From the IMG/VR virus record IMGVR_UViG_3300025131_008220, positions 1 through 64,000 of that record: DNA of 64,000 nucleotides. One strand, 5' to 3'. Of this stretch, positions 1 through 9,728 are shown piece by piece. The translations under genes were made by a program, and so were the position numbers. Origin of the DNA: a virus. Every line of letters begins with the position of its first letter. Position 1 is the stretch's first letter. The notes beneath the pieces were generated by a model. That model saw only the letters and a program-made list of their open reading frames with translations. It was not told the origin of the DNA and ran no database searches.

Positions 1-334
1 ATTTAAACACGCCCACACCCTTAACGTATGGAAATAGTGGAGATTTCTTCAACCACCTTGCTCTGCCTGCGTACTTAGAGATATTTAAACTACCGGATAT
101 CCATGCATAAGGCGCACACGATTCGTATTTCCAAGCGCTTGAGTATAGTATCTTGTCACCGTGGTCATCACTGAACATTGTGTGAGCCATTTGTAATTGT
201 TTTTGATTGCTGATACACACTGCTTTTTGTCCGACTGATTTTGCCTTACTAATTGTCGGCAGCATTAAAGCCGCTAGGATCGCAATAATAGCAATCACCG
301 CTAGTAGCTCAATAAGCGTGAATCCTTTTTTCAT
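1..334 (-). CDS. Prepilin-type N-terminal cleavage/methylation (DUF1559-like) protein, 3' end outside window
   Basis: Manual translation from ATG at 334 gives [32 protein letters not shown]...CISNQKQL. It is a paralog of the upstream gene with a TGATG stop/start overlap and is not in the ORF track. Confidence 0.88.
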   Translation of the reverse strand, partial: MKKGFTLIELLAVIAIIAILAALMLPTISKAKSVGQKAVCISNQKQLQMAHTMFSDDHGDKILYSSAWKYESCAPYAWISGSLNISKYAGRARWLKKSPLFPYVKGVGVFK

Positions 335-1281
335 CAATAGGGGTTCCAAGTTGGATGGCTACCCCAACTGTCATTCCAATACCAACCCCATGAAGCATAC
401 ACCTTGCCGTCTATAGTGCGCTGATTCCCAGTTCTATTGTATCTACCTATACCTCCTCCTTGTCCTCCATACCATCTGTGATTATTGGGGTCTGGTACAA
501 TTGCTCTTTGTCTAAGCCAAGCTAAGTCTCTGTTATCAGGGCTTACTATTTTATCGGTATTAGTTGTAGGGTTCATTGCTTCGGATGATATATTTATCGT
601 ATCCTCCTCTAGCCATCTTCTAAATTCTACATGCGCATCTACAAAAGAAACAACAGAACCGTTATTGTGATAAACTCCGGGCCAGTCTTGAGAGAAAAAA
701 CTCTCACCGCCTTTGAGCGTTGGCGCTACTCTAAAGTTTCCAGCGTTAATAGATTGAGGTGGCATTTCGATAAAGGTAAACAACTGGCTAGCGTTGCGTA
801 CATCATCATATTCATGATGAACTTTATATTGGGTATCTGACAGCCAAGGCCACCCTGACCACCCGCCAACAAAAAGATTTATACTATAAGAACGAGGTCT
901 GTTTATAATCTTGGAATTAACCGTGACAGTTGATTTGTCGCCCGGGCAATGATATATCCCCATGCCCGCGTAAGGCTTTAAGGGAGAAAAGAAAAGGGGT
1001 CTACGAGTTTGACCCCATGGGCCGTTACCGCTCATACTGTCAGCAACCCACGCCCACATACCGGTAGGCTCCCCTGCCCAAGCTGATGCGTAAGGAAACC
1101 TGTTTTCGTGATCACCCGCAAACTCTACGTAAGCGAGGTTAAGTTGTCGTTGATTGTTGATACATGCGGCCTGCCATCCGGTCTGCTTAGCAGAAGAGAG
1201 AGCGGGCAATAGTAACGCAGCTAGGATCGCAATTATCGCTATGACTACAAGTAGTTCGATTAAAGTAAAGCCTTTCTTCAT
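334..1281 (-). CDS. Prepilin-type N-terminal cleavage/methylation protein with H-X9-DG-like motif (DUF1559-like)
   Basis: [30 protein letters not shown]-terminus, [12 protein letters not shown], and [13 protein letters not shown] (H-X9-D). This family is typical of PVC bacteria. Confidence 0.9.
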   Translation of the reverse strand: MKKGFTLIELLVVIAIIAILAALLLPALSSAKQTGWQAACINNQRQLNLAYVEFAGDHENRFPYASAWAGEPTGMWAWVADSMSGNGPWGQTRRPLFFSPLKPYAGMGIYHCPGDKSTVTVNSKIINRPRSYSINLFVGGWSGWPWLSDTQYKVHHEYDDVRNASQLFTFIEMPPQSINAGNFRVAPTLKGGESFFSQDWPGVYHNNGSVVSFVDAHVEFRRWLEEDTINISSEAMNPTTNTDKIVSPDNRDLAWLRQRAIVPDPNNHRWYGGQGGGIGRYNRTGNQRTIDGKVYASWGWYWNDSWGSHPTWNPY

Positions 1282-1811
1282 ACTTTGGTTGTTCCGTAGG
1301 GATAGTCGTAACGAGTAACTTTACCTCGTGCTTTGTTGAGTAACTTATGTAAAATTTTAAAAATGAAAAAATAAATCTTATACTTAAGAGTCTTTTCGTA
1401 TTTGAGCTGCCTTTTTCGTGCGTCTTTCCATTTTCTGTCCTCCTCTTTTATTTGTCCAATAGTCCGTTGAATATAAAATTCCTCTAAATATTTAGCGTCA
1501 AGTTTGCCTTCTAAGAATACAAACCGAAACTCTACCCAGTGGCAGTTGCCTTCTTTGTCTTTTATATTATCGTAAAAAAAGACTTCTCCCGAATAATCTA
1601 AAGAAACCCACTTGCTGTCTTTGCTTTCTTGAAGAACAACGTCTGTGTCGTTTAGGAAAAGCTTCTGCTTGTAGACTTTATATCGGCGTAGGGCATTATC
1701 CAAGCTTTTAGTCTGGTAGTAATGATTGCCGTGAATCAGCTTCTCCTGCTCTTTTGTGAGCAAGTCTTTTAAATAAGACTTTGGAACCATTATGTCATCA
1801 AACATTCCCAT
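1278..1811 (-). CDS. Conserved phage hypothetical protein (paralog of 40939..41523)
   Basis: Motif order MGMFD..., YQTKSLD, V.FY, WVEF...F..GKL is shared with 40939..41523. Confidence 0.75.
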   Translation of the reverse strand: MGMFDDIMVPKSYLKDLLTKEQEKLIHGNHYYQTKSLDNALRRYKVYKQKLFLNDTDVVLQESKDSKWVSLDYSGEVFFYDNIKDKEGNCHWVEFRFVFLEGKLDAKYLEEFYIQRTIGQIKEEDRKWKDARKRQLKYEKTLKYKIYFFIFKILHKLLNKARGKVTRYDYPYGTTKV

Positions 1812-2007
1812 CGGTATTCTCCTTATTATATACTACTCCGCATCCATCTAAACTGGTTGTCACTGTTTCTCTTACTATTAAGGTTGTTCTATCTGATAGT
1901 GAATGCTCTCTTCCTAGCATTTTATCTACTTCAGTTAAGGCTTCGTATTCATTTGCGTTTCTAACCTCTATGTTGCAAATACAGGTTATGGTAGCTGTTT
2001 TTTCCAT
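1798..2007 (-). CDS. Hypothetical protein
   Basis: 69-aa ORF packed between co-oriented neighbours. Confidence 0.6.
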   Translation of the reverse strand: MEKTATITCICNIEVRNANEYEALTEVDKMLGREHSLSDRTTLIVRETVTTSLDGCGVVYNKENTDGNV

Positions 2008-2013
2008 TTTAAA

Positions 2014-2355
2014 TCACGGTTTATTGTATCTGTTTAGTTCTTTTTTCTTCAACCATTTTATTGATTTTACTTTGTAGCCAGCGGACTTTACAATTTTACG
2101 AATTTGAGTAGGGTGTATTTCCGGACCCCAATACTCTATGAGAAGAATCTCTTTCTTCGTGTTCATTTGTAAATTTTTAATAAGCTTAGTTTTATTCAAG
2201 CCAATTTTGATGCCGAGAGCACAAGAGGGGCAGACCATGCCCGGAATTAAGACCTCTACATCTGGATCGACCACTTTATCTGCTCCCGATAGAGAAGTAA
2301 CTAGCAGCCAACCCATCAATAGGCCAACAATTGCAATTATTAGTGTTTTTTTCAT
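2014..2355 (-). CDS. Secreted heavy-metal-associated (HMA/MerP-like) domain protein
   Basis: Signal peptide MKKTLIIAIVGLL, GMVCPSC metal-binding motif and terminal AGY typical of HMA folds. Confidence 0.8.
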   Translation of the reverse strand: MKKTLIIAIVGLLMGWLLVTSLSGADKVVDPDVEVLIPGMVCPSCALGIKIGLNKTKLIKNLQMNTKKEILLIEYWGPEIHPTQIRKIVKSAGYKVKSIKWLKKKELNRYNKP

Positions 2356-2549
2356 TCTCCGCTTTTAAAAACGCTAATCACTTCTTCCAGCTCTTTAATA
2401 AAATCAGCAGCCATCTCAATTTTTATGCAATCTTCGTCATTCACTATCACAACATTGGCAACCACATCTTTGTATTTATTAATTAGCCTTTGGATCGCTT
2501 TGTGAGTTTTACGGGGTTTATTTCTTTCAAATAAGGATACAGAGCTCAT
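2352..2549 (-). CDS. Hypothetical protein (start moved to ATG 2549)
   Basis: ORF 2352..2582. A consensus promoter lies inside its annotated 5' end, which favours the MSSVSLF start. Confidence 0.6.
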   Translation of the reverse strand: MSSVSLFERNKPRKTHKAIQRLINKYKDVVANVVIVNDEDCIKIEMAADFIKELEEVISVFKSGE

Positions 2550-2560
2550 GTCTTTTCTAC

Positions 2561-2589
2561 AGTCTACCATATACTTACACAAGAGTCAA
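2561..2589 (-). promoter_or_regulatory. Sigma70-type promoter
   Basis: TTGACT-N17-TAGACT, 11 nt before ATG 2549. Confidence 0.65.
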
Positions 2590-2590
2590 G

Positions 2591-2630
2591 AAAAAAAGGG
2601 GGGAGAGCACATCGAAAACTCTCCCCCCCT
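2591..2630 (-). terminator. Intrinsic terminator
   Basis: G-rich/C-rich stem AGGGGGG(G)AGAG...CTCTCCCCCCT followed by a T-run on the minus strand. Confidence 0.8.
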
Positions 2631-2842
2631 GTGGCATTAGCCCTCTCCTTGTCGTCTAACAATTATCTTATTACAATATCCCCGCCGCGTGACTCAGGTC
2701 GCCTTATTATAACCGTTCCTACTTTACTTCTCGGTATTCTTAATTCCCAGTTTATTTCTGGGGTAGACTTAAGATTCCTATCCGCAATGCTTGACGGTAT
2801 ATAATAGGGTTTATGATATTGTATAACAATGTTCTCACCCTT

Positions 2843-3394
2843 TCATTCACCCGGGTCGTTTCCGTCAATAACCTTATCGCGGTTATTCTTAAACTCCTCG
2901 CGGATTTCCTTTATGCGTTTACCGACCTCTTCGCGATGGGTTTTCATCTTCTCATACCATTCTTTTCTCCCAGCAGCCATTTTCTCTCTAAGAGCCTTCT
3001 TTTCGTCGTCTGTGGCATCTTTCCATGCTTTCCGGTCAAAGCCCTTGTGGCCCTTCTTAGCGGCCGCAGCAAAGGCCTCCTTTAGCTCTTTGATTTTGGC
3101 GTCGTCTCTTACGAGTTTTCCAAAGGCTCCCCCCTTCTTAGAGTCACCCTTTTTTCGATCATGTACTTTGTGACCGCGTTTCTTGGCGTCACCGCGCTTT
3201 TTCTTGCGTTGGTCAAAAGCAGCCTTGAGGCGCGCCTTAACCTTTTCAGAGTCCCACTTCTTTCCGCCACGCTCGGGCTTTTCCTTCTTAGGCTTATCTG
3301 GTTTAGGCGCAGGTTGGGGAACCTGACCTGTAGCTGTTAACGCTGACGCCATGACGGCAACCAGCCCAATCTTAAGAATTCTTTTAATGAACAT
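2843..3394 (-). CDS. Secreted Lys/Arg-rich helical protein
   Basis: N-terminal signal peptide followed by a highly charged low-complexity body. Confidence 0.8.
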   Translation of the reverse strand: MFIKRILKIGLVAVMASALTATGQVPQPAPKPDKPKKEKPERGGKKWDSEKVKARLKAAFDQRKKKRGDAKKRGHKVHDRKKGDSKKGGAFGKLVRDDAKIKELKEAFAAAAKKGHKGFDRKAWKDATDDEKKALREKMAAGRKEWYEKMKTHREEVGKRIKEIREEFKNNRDKVIDGNDPGE

Positions 3395-3408
3395 AATGTA
3401 TATTACAC

Positions 3409-3424
3409 TGCAATTATCGTGCCA
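3409..3424 (-). promoter_or_regulatory. Sigma54 (-24/-12) promoter
   Basis: TGGCAC-GATAA-TTGCA is an exact match to TGGCAC-N5-TTGC, located just upstream of ATG 3394. Confidence 0.7.
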
Positions 3425-3513
3425 ACTATAAAAACGTTTATTCCTAGTGTTTCGTTACTTTTTTATTTATTTAAAAAAATGTTGGGGGATAGAACCCAAG
3501 CTATTGGGGGATA

Positions 3514-3858
3514 TTACCCTTTAAAGGCTCTAATACCGAGTATTTTTCCTTCGTCAGTAAACTCAATAATATCAACTACTGCCAATCTTTCTAGCCCATT
3601 GGTAACAATGTCGAGTTCTGCTACGACAGTCACAGGTTTGCCAGTGAACCCGGCTACGAAGCTGCCCATATTTACGGGCTGAACATTTATCGACTCCACA
3701 GAATCAAATATCTCCTTCATTGCTATAAAAACATTTGGTTTGCCAATTGCTTCTATTTCCCAGTCTCTGAGTGTTGCATCGGCGTCAAACAGTTCATCCA
3801 ATCCTTCGAGATCCTTTTCGGAAAATAGCTTAAAATATTTTTCTGCTATATCATTCAT
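3514..3858 (-). CDS. SnoaL-like / NTF2-fold protein
   Basis: YFKLFSEKDLEGLDELFDADA...DIIEFTDEGKI pattern. Confidence 0.75.
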   Translation of the reverse strand: MNDIAEKYFKLFSEKDLEGLDELFDADATLRDWEIEAIGKPNVFIAMKEIFDSVESINVQPVNMGSFVAGFTGKPVTVVAELDIVTNGLERLAVVDIIEFTDEGKILGIRAFKG

Positions 3859-4004
3859 TTATCTTCTTTCTTTGCTTGAGTAAAAGCTCTTTCTATAATT
3901 CTAAAAAATTCAGCTTTTATATTTTTTGGAAAAGGCCAGTCTGCATCAAGCAAATAATATGCAAGATCTTCTTTAATTTTTTCTTCTAATTTATTTAAGT
4001 CCAT
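3855..4004 (-). CDS. Small hypothetical protein (49 aa)
   Basis: Manual translation MDLNKLEEKIKEDLAYYLLDADWPFP.... It fills the gap between genes, with an ATGA overlap to the next gene. Confidence 0.65.
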   Translation of the reverse strand: MDLNKLEEKIKEDLAYYLLDADWPFPKNIKAEFFRIIERAFTQAKKEDK

Positions 4005-4336
4005 TTTGGGTTATATCTTTTTTGTAAACTGACCCAAGCGTCAGTATAAAGTTTTTGGTACTTCTCTCTCATCTCGTCAGTCCAAGCGTTGTCGTCGCGT
4101 CTCCAATCAAACTGCTCTCTTGTGTCAATAACGCAAGGAAATTTGGGGTGAATAATTCGTTGCGCCCTGCTCGGAGAACATTTGATATGCTTATCATAAA
4201 TCAACCAGCGATGTATGCCACTTTCATCCAACTCTCCTGTTTCCATCCCCAAGTAAACTTGAGAATCCCACTTACCCTTTATAACCTTGTCACATACATG
4301 ACACTTTATATCTACGTACTTATTCAATTTTTCCAT
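3995..4336 (-). CDS. Hypothetical protein, possibly Zn-binding
   Basis: 113-aa ORF with CHVC and HIKC. Confidence 0.65.
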   Translation of the reverse strand: MEKLNKYVDIKCHVCDKVIKGKWDSQVYLGMETGELDESGIHRWLIYDKHIKCSPSRAQRIIHPKFPCVIDTREQFDWRRDDNAWTDEMREKYQKLYTDAWVSLQKRYNPKWT

Positions 4337-4375
4337 AATATCGGCATTAAGCCCTAAGAATATTTGAGTAGTCGA

Positions 4376-6310
4376 TTACCTTATCGGACATGCTCCGCCT
4401 TCACATTCAAGGTCTTGTAATACGTGGCCGTTCCCCACTTTTGTGGCGGAAACTTTTTTGACTGCCAGTGAAAGTTTTTTGTACGTTTCTGCGTCGATCT
4501 CTTGGTAAGGAGCCTGATCGAACCCGTGGTCTTGGTGGAGAAGAAACGATACGCTTTTAATATTATTTTTATAATTTTTTCGGAGCCACTCTTTTATCTC
4601 TTCCAGCTCTTCTTTCTTGTAGTAAACGGTGCAAGAGACAGCGTTGTCAGACCATTCTTTTTGTATTTTTTTGACAAGATCTAACTGATCTACCGCTTTC
4701 ATGTCTTTCGCGAGCTTTGCGTTTTTTCCAGACTGGCAGGGGAACTCGACAATCACCGTATCTCTGTTCAATGAGCCGTCAAAGTTCTTTACATATTCAA
4801 CATGGTAGTTCATTTCCCTGCAGGCTTGAACTAGAGCGTCTTCGCTAGACATTCTGACTCGACGAATGTAGTACTGCGAATAGGCCGGGTGAACTCCCGG
4901 GGTTGCTCCAGCGAGAAGGCTTAGGGTTCCGCTTGGTTTTACCGTTGTAAGTTTGATGCTTTCGGGCCAACCTTGTTTTTTGCTCCATTCTTGATCGTAT
5001 TTGCGGAGAGCTTTATAGCAAGGATCCAGCCATTCTAGTTTTTCGTTTTCGGTGGCTTGGCAGATACCTGTGATGCCTTGTCCGATCCGAAAATTTTTGT
5101 GGACTATTTTATTTGTGTCTTCGTGAATAAAGGGAAGAGCGCAGATTGCTTTTTGGGTTTTATAAAGAAGCGTTGCGCATTCAATCATTTCTTCTTTGGA
5201 TTCTATATTATTTAAATAAAGCTCGGCAAGGTTACAGCACTCCTTGTCAGCTAGGGATATTTCTCCGCAGGGGTTAGTTCCTTCGCAGTTTTCTCTCATT
5301 TTTTCCCCTGTTCTTCCGAATTTGGAGCTTAAAGCGACATTGAAAAAACCGTATGGTTCTCCGTTTCCTCCGTAGCCATCCCAGACCCCTTCCGCAATGT
5401 GGTCATAACTGTCGCAGTAAATGGTGTTGTTACTCATTGCTCTCCAGTTTGGGATATTGCCTAAATCCCATCTTTTGGCTTTTATATACAGATAATCGTC
5501 TGGGTCTCCTAGGGCTATTTCAGCAGAGCGTCGGACATTTCCGGCTACTACCACAGAGCCAATGATGTTGGCAATATCGAGGACGTCAATACTGCGAAGC
5601 TTTTTTCCTTCTCTTTCTTTTATTACCCCTCCTATTTTATTGATTCCCTCGATTAGAATTTCGGGGCCGCTTGCGGTGCCTCCAAATCCTTGGATGGGTT
5701 TGCCTGCGCTACGGATCAGGACAGTGGAATAATTAAAAGATTCGCCTGTTACAAAATAAGACTCTAAAGCCTTGGCTAATAATCGTACCCATCCTTCCCT
5801 ACTATCTGGTACGATAAAATCTGCATCGTTTGTGTTTTTGACGGTAACTTCAACGCTCTTTTTTATTCGAGGGAGTTCGTGGATGTCTTCACGGCGAATA
5901 GAGTAACCAACTCCTCCTCCCAGCATCAGGTTTTCAAAGATAAAACAGAAATCAGAAGGTTTTTTGATTGCGGTAAACCAGCAGTTTAAAAGACTGTTTC
6001 CGCCGAACCTATCTACTGTCGATGTGCCTAACTGCCATAACCCGCGACCAGCAAAATTGCATTTTAAATTAAAAACAAGATCAAATAATCTTTCCGCTTC
6101 TTTTTTGGTATACTTGGCTCCTATTTTTTGAGCGCCGTTAATGCATCTCGCAATGGTTTCGTACCATTCTTCTAGGTTTCCATCTTCCTTGACTCGCGAA
6201 TAGGTTCGTTTGTAGACGATGTATCCTAGGCCGTTAAATCCCCATTTGGGTTGTTTGTTCTTGTATTTTTTTAAAAAGTCGTTAGTGATGATATCGGTAT
6301 CTTGTTTCAT
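4376..6310 (-). CDS. nrdJ: Class II adenosylcobalamin-dependent ribonucleotide reductase (monomeric RTPR type)
   Basis: YKRTYSR, LLNCW, GNVRRSAEI, TNPCGEI, TTVKPSGT and C-terminal CEGGACPIR. Likely start is MKQD at 6310. Confidence 0.93.
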   Translation of the reverse strand: MKQDTDIITNDFLKKYKNKQPKWGFNGLGYIVYKRTYSRVKEDGNLEEWYETIARCINGAQKIGAKYTKKEAERLFDLVFNLKCNFAGRGLWQLGTSTVDRFGGNSLLNCWFTAIKKPSDFCFIFENLMLGGGVGYSIRREDIHELPRIKKSVEVTVKNTNDADFIVPDSREGWVRLLAKALESYFVTGESFNYSTVLIRSAGKPIQGFGGTASGPEILIEGINKIGGVIKEREGKKLRSIDVLDIANIIGSVVVAGNVRRSAEIALGDPDDYLYIKAKRWDLGNIPNWRAMSNNTIYCDSYDHIAEGVWDGYGGNGEPYGFFNVALSSKFGRTGEKMRENCEGTNPCGEISLADKECCNLAELYLNNIESKEEMIECATLLYKTQKAICALPFIHEDTNKIVHKNFRIGQGITGICQATENEKLEWLDPCYKALRKYDQEWSKKQGWPESIKLTTVKPSGTLSLLAGATPGVHPAYSQYYIRRVRMSSEDALVQACREMNYHVEYVKNFDGSLNRDTVIVEFPCQSGKNAKLAKDMKAVDQLDLVKKIQKEWSDNAVSCTVYYKKEELEEIKEWLRKNYKNNIKSVSFLLHQDHGFDQAPYQEIDAETYKKLSLAVKKVSATKVGNGHVLQDLECEGGACPIR

Positions 6311-6318
6311 TTTGCAAA

Positions 6319-6396
6319 TTATGGGGCACATTTGTTTATTTTTTCTACGTTGAATTCCTCTAGTTTTCCGTTTCTCTTCTTTACTCGAATGGGCAT
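6319..6396 (-). pseudogene. Truncated ATP-cone N-terminus (25 aa)
   Basis: MPIRVKKRNGKLEEFNVEKINKCAP* matches the V.KR.G..E.F...KI start of ATP-cone domains and stops 8 nt before the nrdJ ATG. Confidence 0.7.
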
Positions 6397-6480
6397 TGGT
6401 ATAATAATTACACTGTTAAAAGCTGGGTAGGCAAAAGCTATCTTGCTCTTTTCGTATTCTATACTAAACTTTCTCTTCCG

Positions 6481-9078
6481 TCAAACAATATCTTTCAATT
6501 CGGATAGCTTCGTGAAGATCTTTTGGCTTTGTATGCCAATGTTATCGATAAAGACTGCGTCATCCTTCTTTAGACCTCGGATTATTACGATGTCTTCTTT
6601 TGTCGGAACTCTGCCTCCATTAATTAACTTACTCTCCCCTATCTTAGCATTGAATTGGAGGGCTGTAAGAACACCCGTCTCGTCAGAATTGGTCAGCCTC
6701 ATGTATTGAGACCCTTTTTTAGACTTACCCTTATAGTAGTCCTCGACAGTGGAAACGAAAATAACTTTCTCTCCTACTCGGCGAGAGTTGACCTCTCTTA
6801 TGCTTTGTAGGCCCGGGATGCTTTGGCTAAACACTTTTCTGAGGGAATTGGCGTGAGAGTACCCTAACAGCTTCTTTTCGTAATACCAGTTAGCTAGGCT
6901 TTCGGACTTGCTATTCTGGCTGTATATTTTTTTATAAGGTTGGTACTTCTTCTTAATAGTCTCAAACCTAGAAACTCTTATGTATACCTTGCCATCCTCA
7001 TCTTTTCTATCTACCAAACCTTTAATAATTTTAATTAAATCAAAATCATGTTTTTCTCCTAGGTTGTAAGCTATCCTCTTCTCTCTTTGTGTTAAGATAT
7101 TCCATAGCTGAGCCTCTAATACTATTTTACTTCTAGACTGAGGGAATCCTTCAAACGCTCCGGCTTGAATCAAAGCGGATAGGACTCCTATTCCAACCTT
7201 GGCTTCGCTAGCGGCTTGGAACACTTCAAACTTATTAGCAAACTCTGCTCTAAAATTGTTGAGCTTCTCAATAGTTTTATCTGATATGCCTTTTATAGAC
7301 GTTAAACCATATCTTATATTATTACCCTCAATAGAAAAATCCATTTTAGACTTAGTTATATGAGGCGGAAGGAGTTTGATATCAAATAAGCTCAGCTCCA
7401 CTTGTATTTTATTGATTTCCGATAGAGGATCTGGCTCGTGCTTGGTCATTTTAAGCAAAGATAAAAAGAATTCTTTCGGGTAGTTAAATTTTAAATAAGT
7501 TGTAATAGCTGCTAAAGCTGCATAGCAAATAGAGTGAGCTTTATTAAATGAGTAGTTAGCCGAGTCCTCTAGAACGCTCCAGAGCACATCTCCAACGTCA
7601 AGACCGCTCTTGTCTCCCATCCATTCGCTAGACAGTCTATTCTCCTCTACTTTATCTTGGATTTTCTTCTTCCACTGCCTAACTTCTTTAACTTTCTTCT
7701 TGCCGACAATGCGCCTCAAAATTTCCGCTTCATCAAGCGTGAACCCAATCTTATGAGCCATTTGCATTAGCTGTTCTTGGTATAAAGCAACTCCTCCTGT
7801 ACTTTTGAGGATTTCATCAAACAATGGATGAATAGGCTCATATACGTCGTGGTTAGTATAGTTAGCGTACTGATCAACAAACGCTAAAGCTCCCGGTCTA
7901 CCTAAGGCTAATACAGCACTAAGTTCTTCCAAGTCCTTGGGTTTAACCTCTCGGCAAACTCTGTAGTTAGTATCTGCTTCAATCTGGAAGAGACCGTGAG
8001 GAGCTTCTAGGTCTTGTAGTCTTCTGTATATACTTGGGTCATCAAGTTTAATGTCTTTGACTTCTAGCCCTACCTGCTGGCAGACATCATCAACTACTGA
8101 AACGCTGCGTAAGCCAAGTATATCTAACTTAACATTAAATAAGGAAACCCAATTCATATCATAAGAAGATACGATAGATTTGTCGCTAGTAAGTTCAACA
8201 GGACAGCTATCCTCTAACTTATCATACGAAAGTAAAATACCTGAAGCGTGAACGCTCTTATTTTTAATCAAACCTCTTAGCTTCAAAGCTATCTTGTAAG
8301 CTTCTCTATTCTCGGGTTCATCGCACCAGTCTCTAAACTCTGAGACTTCGTTATAGGTTTCCTGTAGGTCTTTAACTTGACCAAATATTTTAGGTACGTA
8401 TGAAGAAACAGTGTTCATCTCTGTTTCGCTTTTACTGGCAACAATCTTGCCACACTCTTTTATCAAGAGTTTCCCGCTTAAAGTGTTGAGAGTAAGTATT
8501 TTGGCGGTTTTGCCTTTAAACTTGGTATCTATATATTCCAGTACTTTATGTCTATTATAGTAGCAGACATCGTTATCAATATCCACCATTAGGTTTCCAT
8601 CAAGATATGTGACCCCGTCTACTACCTGTTTCTTAGCCCGAATTTTAGATATAAACCTCTCAAAAAACAGTCCGTATTTGATAGGGTCTAGGTTCGTCAC
8701 TCCCAATAAGAATAGGACAAAGCTTCCTGCTGCTGATCCACGGCCAAGCCCGATAGGAATGCCGCTCTCTTTGCAAAAGTTGATAACGTCCCAAGTAAGG
8801 AGTATGTAGTCTACGAAACCAAGATCTTCCATAGTTTTAAGCTCATGCTCGGTTCTCTCCGTGTATTTTTCTGCAAGTTCAGCGTTTAGCTCGCCGCTGA
8901 GCATTTTAGCTTCGTAGCCTTCGTAACACAAACGCCTCAGCATTTGCTTATTATCTTCTTCGTCGCCAGCTTCTAGCCTATTCCTAAGCGACTCGCTGAT
9001 TTCGAAAGATGGTAGCCTTACTCCGTGAAGGGGCAAGTTTATGTTTTCAAACTTCTTGATGAATGTATCTACTGTCAT
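6481..9078 (-). CDS. dnaE: DNA polymerase III alpha-type (family C) catalytic subunit lacking the PHP domain
   Basis: GLGRGSAAGS, LFFERF, DIDND, KLDILGL, LYQEQLM, YSFNKAH and C-terminal OB fold. Confidence 0.95.
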   Translation of the reverse strand: MTVDTFIKKFENINLPLHGVRLPSFEISESLRNRLEAGDEEDNKQMLRRLCYEGYEAKMLSGELNAELAEKYTERTEHELKTMEDLGFVDYILLTWDVINFCKESGIPIGLGRGSAAGSFVLFLLGVTNLDPIKYGLFFERFISKIRAKKQVVDGVTYLDGNLMVDIDNDVCYYNRHKVLEYIDTKFKGKTAKILTLNTLSGKLLIKECGKIVASKSETEMNTVSSYVPKIFGQVKDLQETYNEVSEFRDWCDEPENREAYKIALKLRGLIKNKSVHASGILLSYDKLEDSCPVELTSDKSIVSSYDMNWVSLFNVKLDILGLRSVSVVDDVCQQVGLEVKDIKLDDPSIYRRLQDLEAPHGLFQIEADTNYRVCREVKPKDLEELSAVLALGRPGALAFVDQYANYTNHDVYEPIHPLFDEILKSTGGVALYQEQLMQMAHKIGFTLDEAEILRRIVGKKKVKEVRQWKKKIQDKVEENRLSSEWMGDKSGLDVGDVLWSVLEDSANYSFNKAHSICYAALAAITTYLKFNYPKEFFLSLLKMTKHEPDPLSEINKIQVELSLFDIKLLPPHITKSKMDFSIEGNNIRYGLTSIKGISDKTIEKLNNFRAEFANKFEVFQAASEAKVGIGVLSALIQAGAFEGFPQSRSKIVLEAQLWNILTQREKRIAYNLGEKHDFDLIKIIKGLVDRKDEDGKVYIRVSRFETIKKKYQPYKKIYSQNSKSESLANWYYEKKLLGYSHANSLRKVFSQSIPGLQSIREVNSRRVGEKVIFVSTVEDYYKGKSKKGSQYMRLTNSDETGVLTALQFNAKIGESKLINGGRVPTKEDIVIIRGLKKDDAVFIDNIGIQSQKIFTKLSELKDIV

Positions 9079-9713
9079 AGTTCAAGTGAGTATTTCAAAC
9101 GGTTCCAAACTTTTAAATTCAAATCCAAATCAACTAAGGCATTATGCAAATTAGCGTAATCGTGCTCAATGTCAAACTCTTTTCCTAGGTAAGTAAGATT
9201 GGATTTTACGCCTTTCCTTCTTGTGTTATATATTCTATATTGATATTCTGTGAAATCTTCTTCTGGCTTATATGGAATGTCCATTTTGATGCCTCGGGCT
9301 ATACAGTTTGTGTCGATAATTTTCGGTACAAGGTGCTTATAGTCTTTACCCGCTAACTTGTAAAGCTCCTTTATTAAATAAATATCAAAACCAAGTATGT
9401 TGTGCCCAACAATATAATCAGCCTCGTCCAACCATTTCTGTATAGTTGGCAAGGTTTGTTTAGCTGTCTTGCCATTCTTTTGAACAAAGTCATCGTCGTA
9501 TCGGGTTATTCTCGCCGCGTCTTCGCTAATCTTGAAGTCCGTGTCCCATTTAATGTAGTAATCTTTTTCGTCTAGCTTCCTCGTGCCGTCCGTCTTAATC
9601 ATTGATACTTGCCAAGCTACATTGTGGCAGAAACTAAGGCACAGGTTGTAGGTCTCGCAGTCAATGAAGACTACCTTCTTATCTTTTCTGAATCTGAGTA
9701 AATGTTCGTCCAT
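9075..9713 (-). CDS. DEDDh 3'-5' exonuclease (DnaQ-like proofreading subunit)
   Basis: FIDCET, GHNILGFD and LHNALVD motifs, adjacent to dnaE. Confidence 0.88.
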   Translation of the reverse strand: MDEHLLRFRKDKKVVFIDCETYNLCLSFCHNVAWQVSMIKTDGTRKLDEKDYYIKWDTDFKISEDAARITRYDDDFVQKNGKTAKQTLPTIQKWLDEADYIVGHNILGFDIYLIKELYKLAGKDYKHLVPKIIDTNCIARGIKMDIPYKPEEDFTEYQYRIYNTRRKGVKSNLTYLGKEFDIEHDYANLHNALVDLDLNLKVWNRLKYSLEL

Positions 9714-9728
9714 ATCTATAGTCCACTG

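Noticed and set aside
3481-3513. Direct repeat TTGGGGGATA x2, possibly a collapsed tRNA remnant
   Set aside because: Only ~35 bp with two copies and no cloverleaf. Too weak to call.
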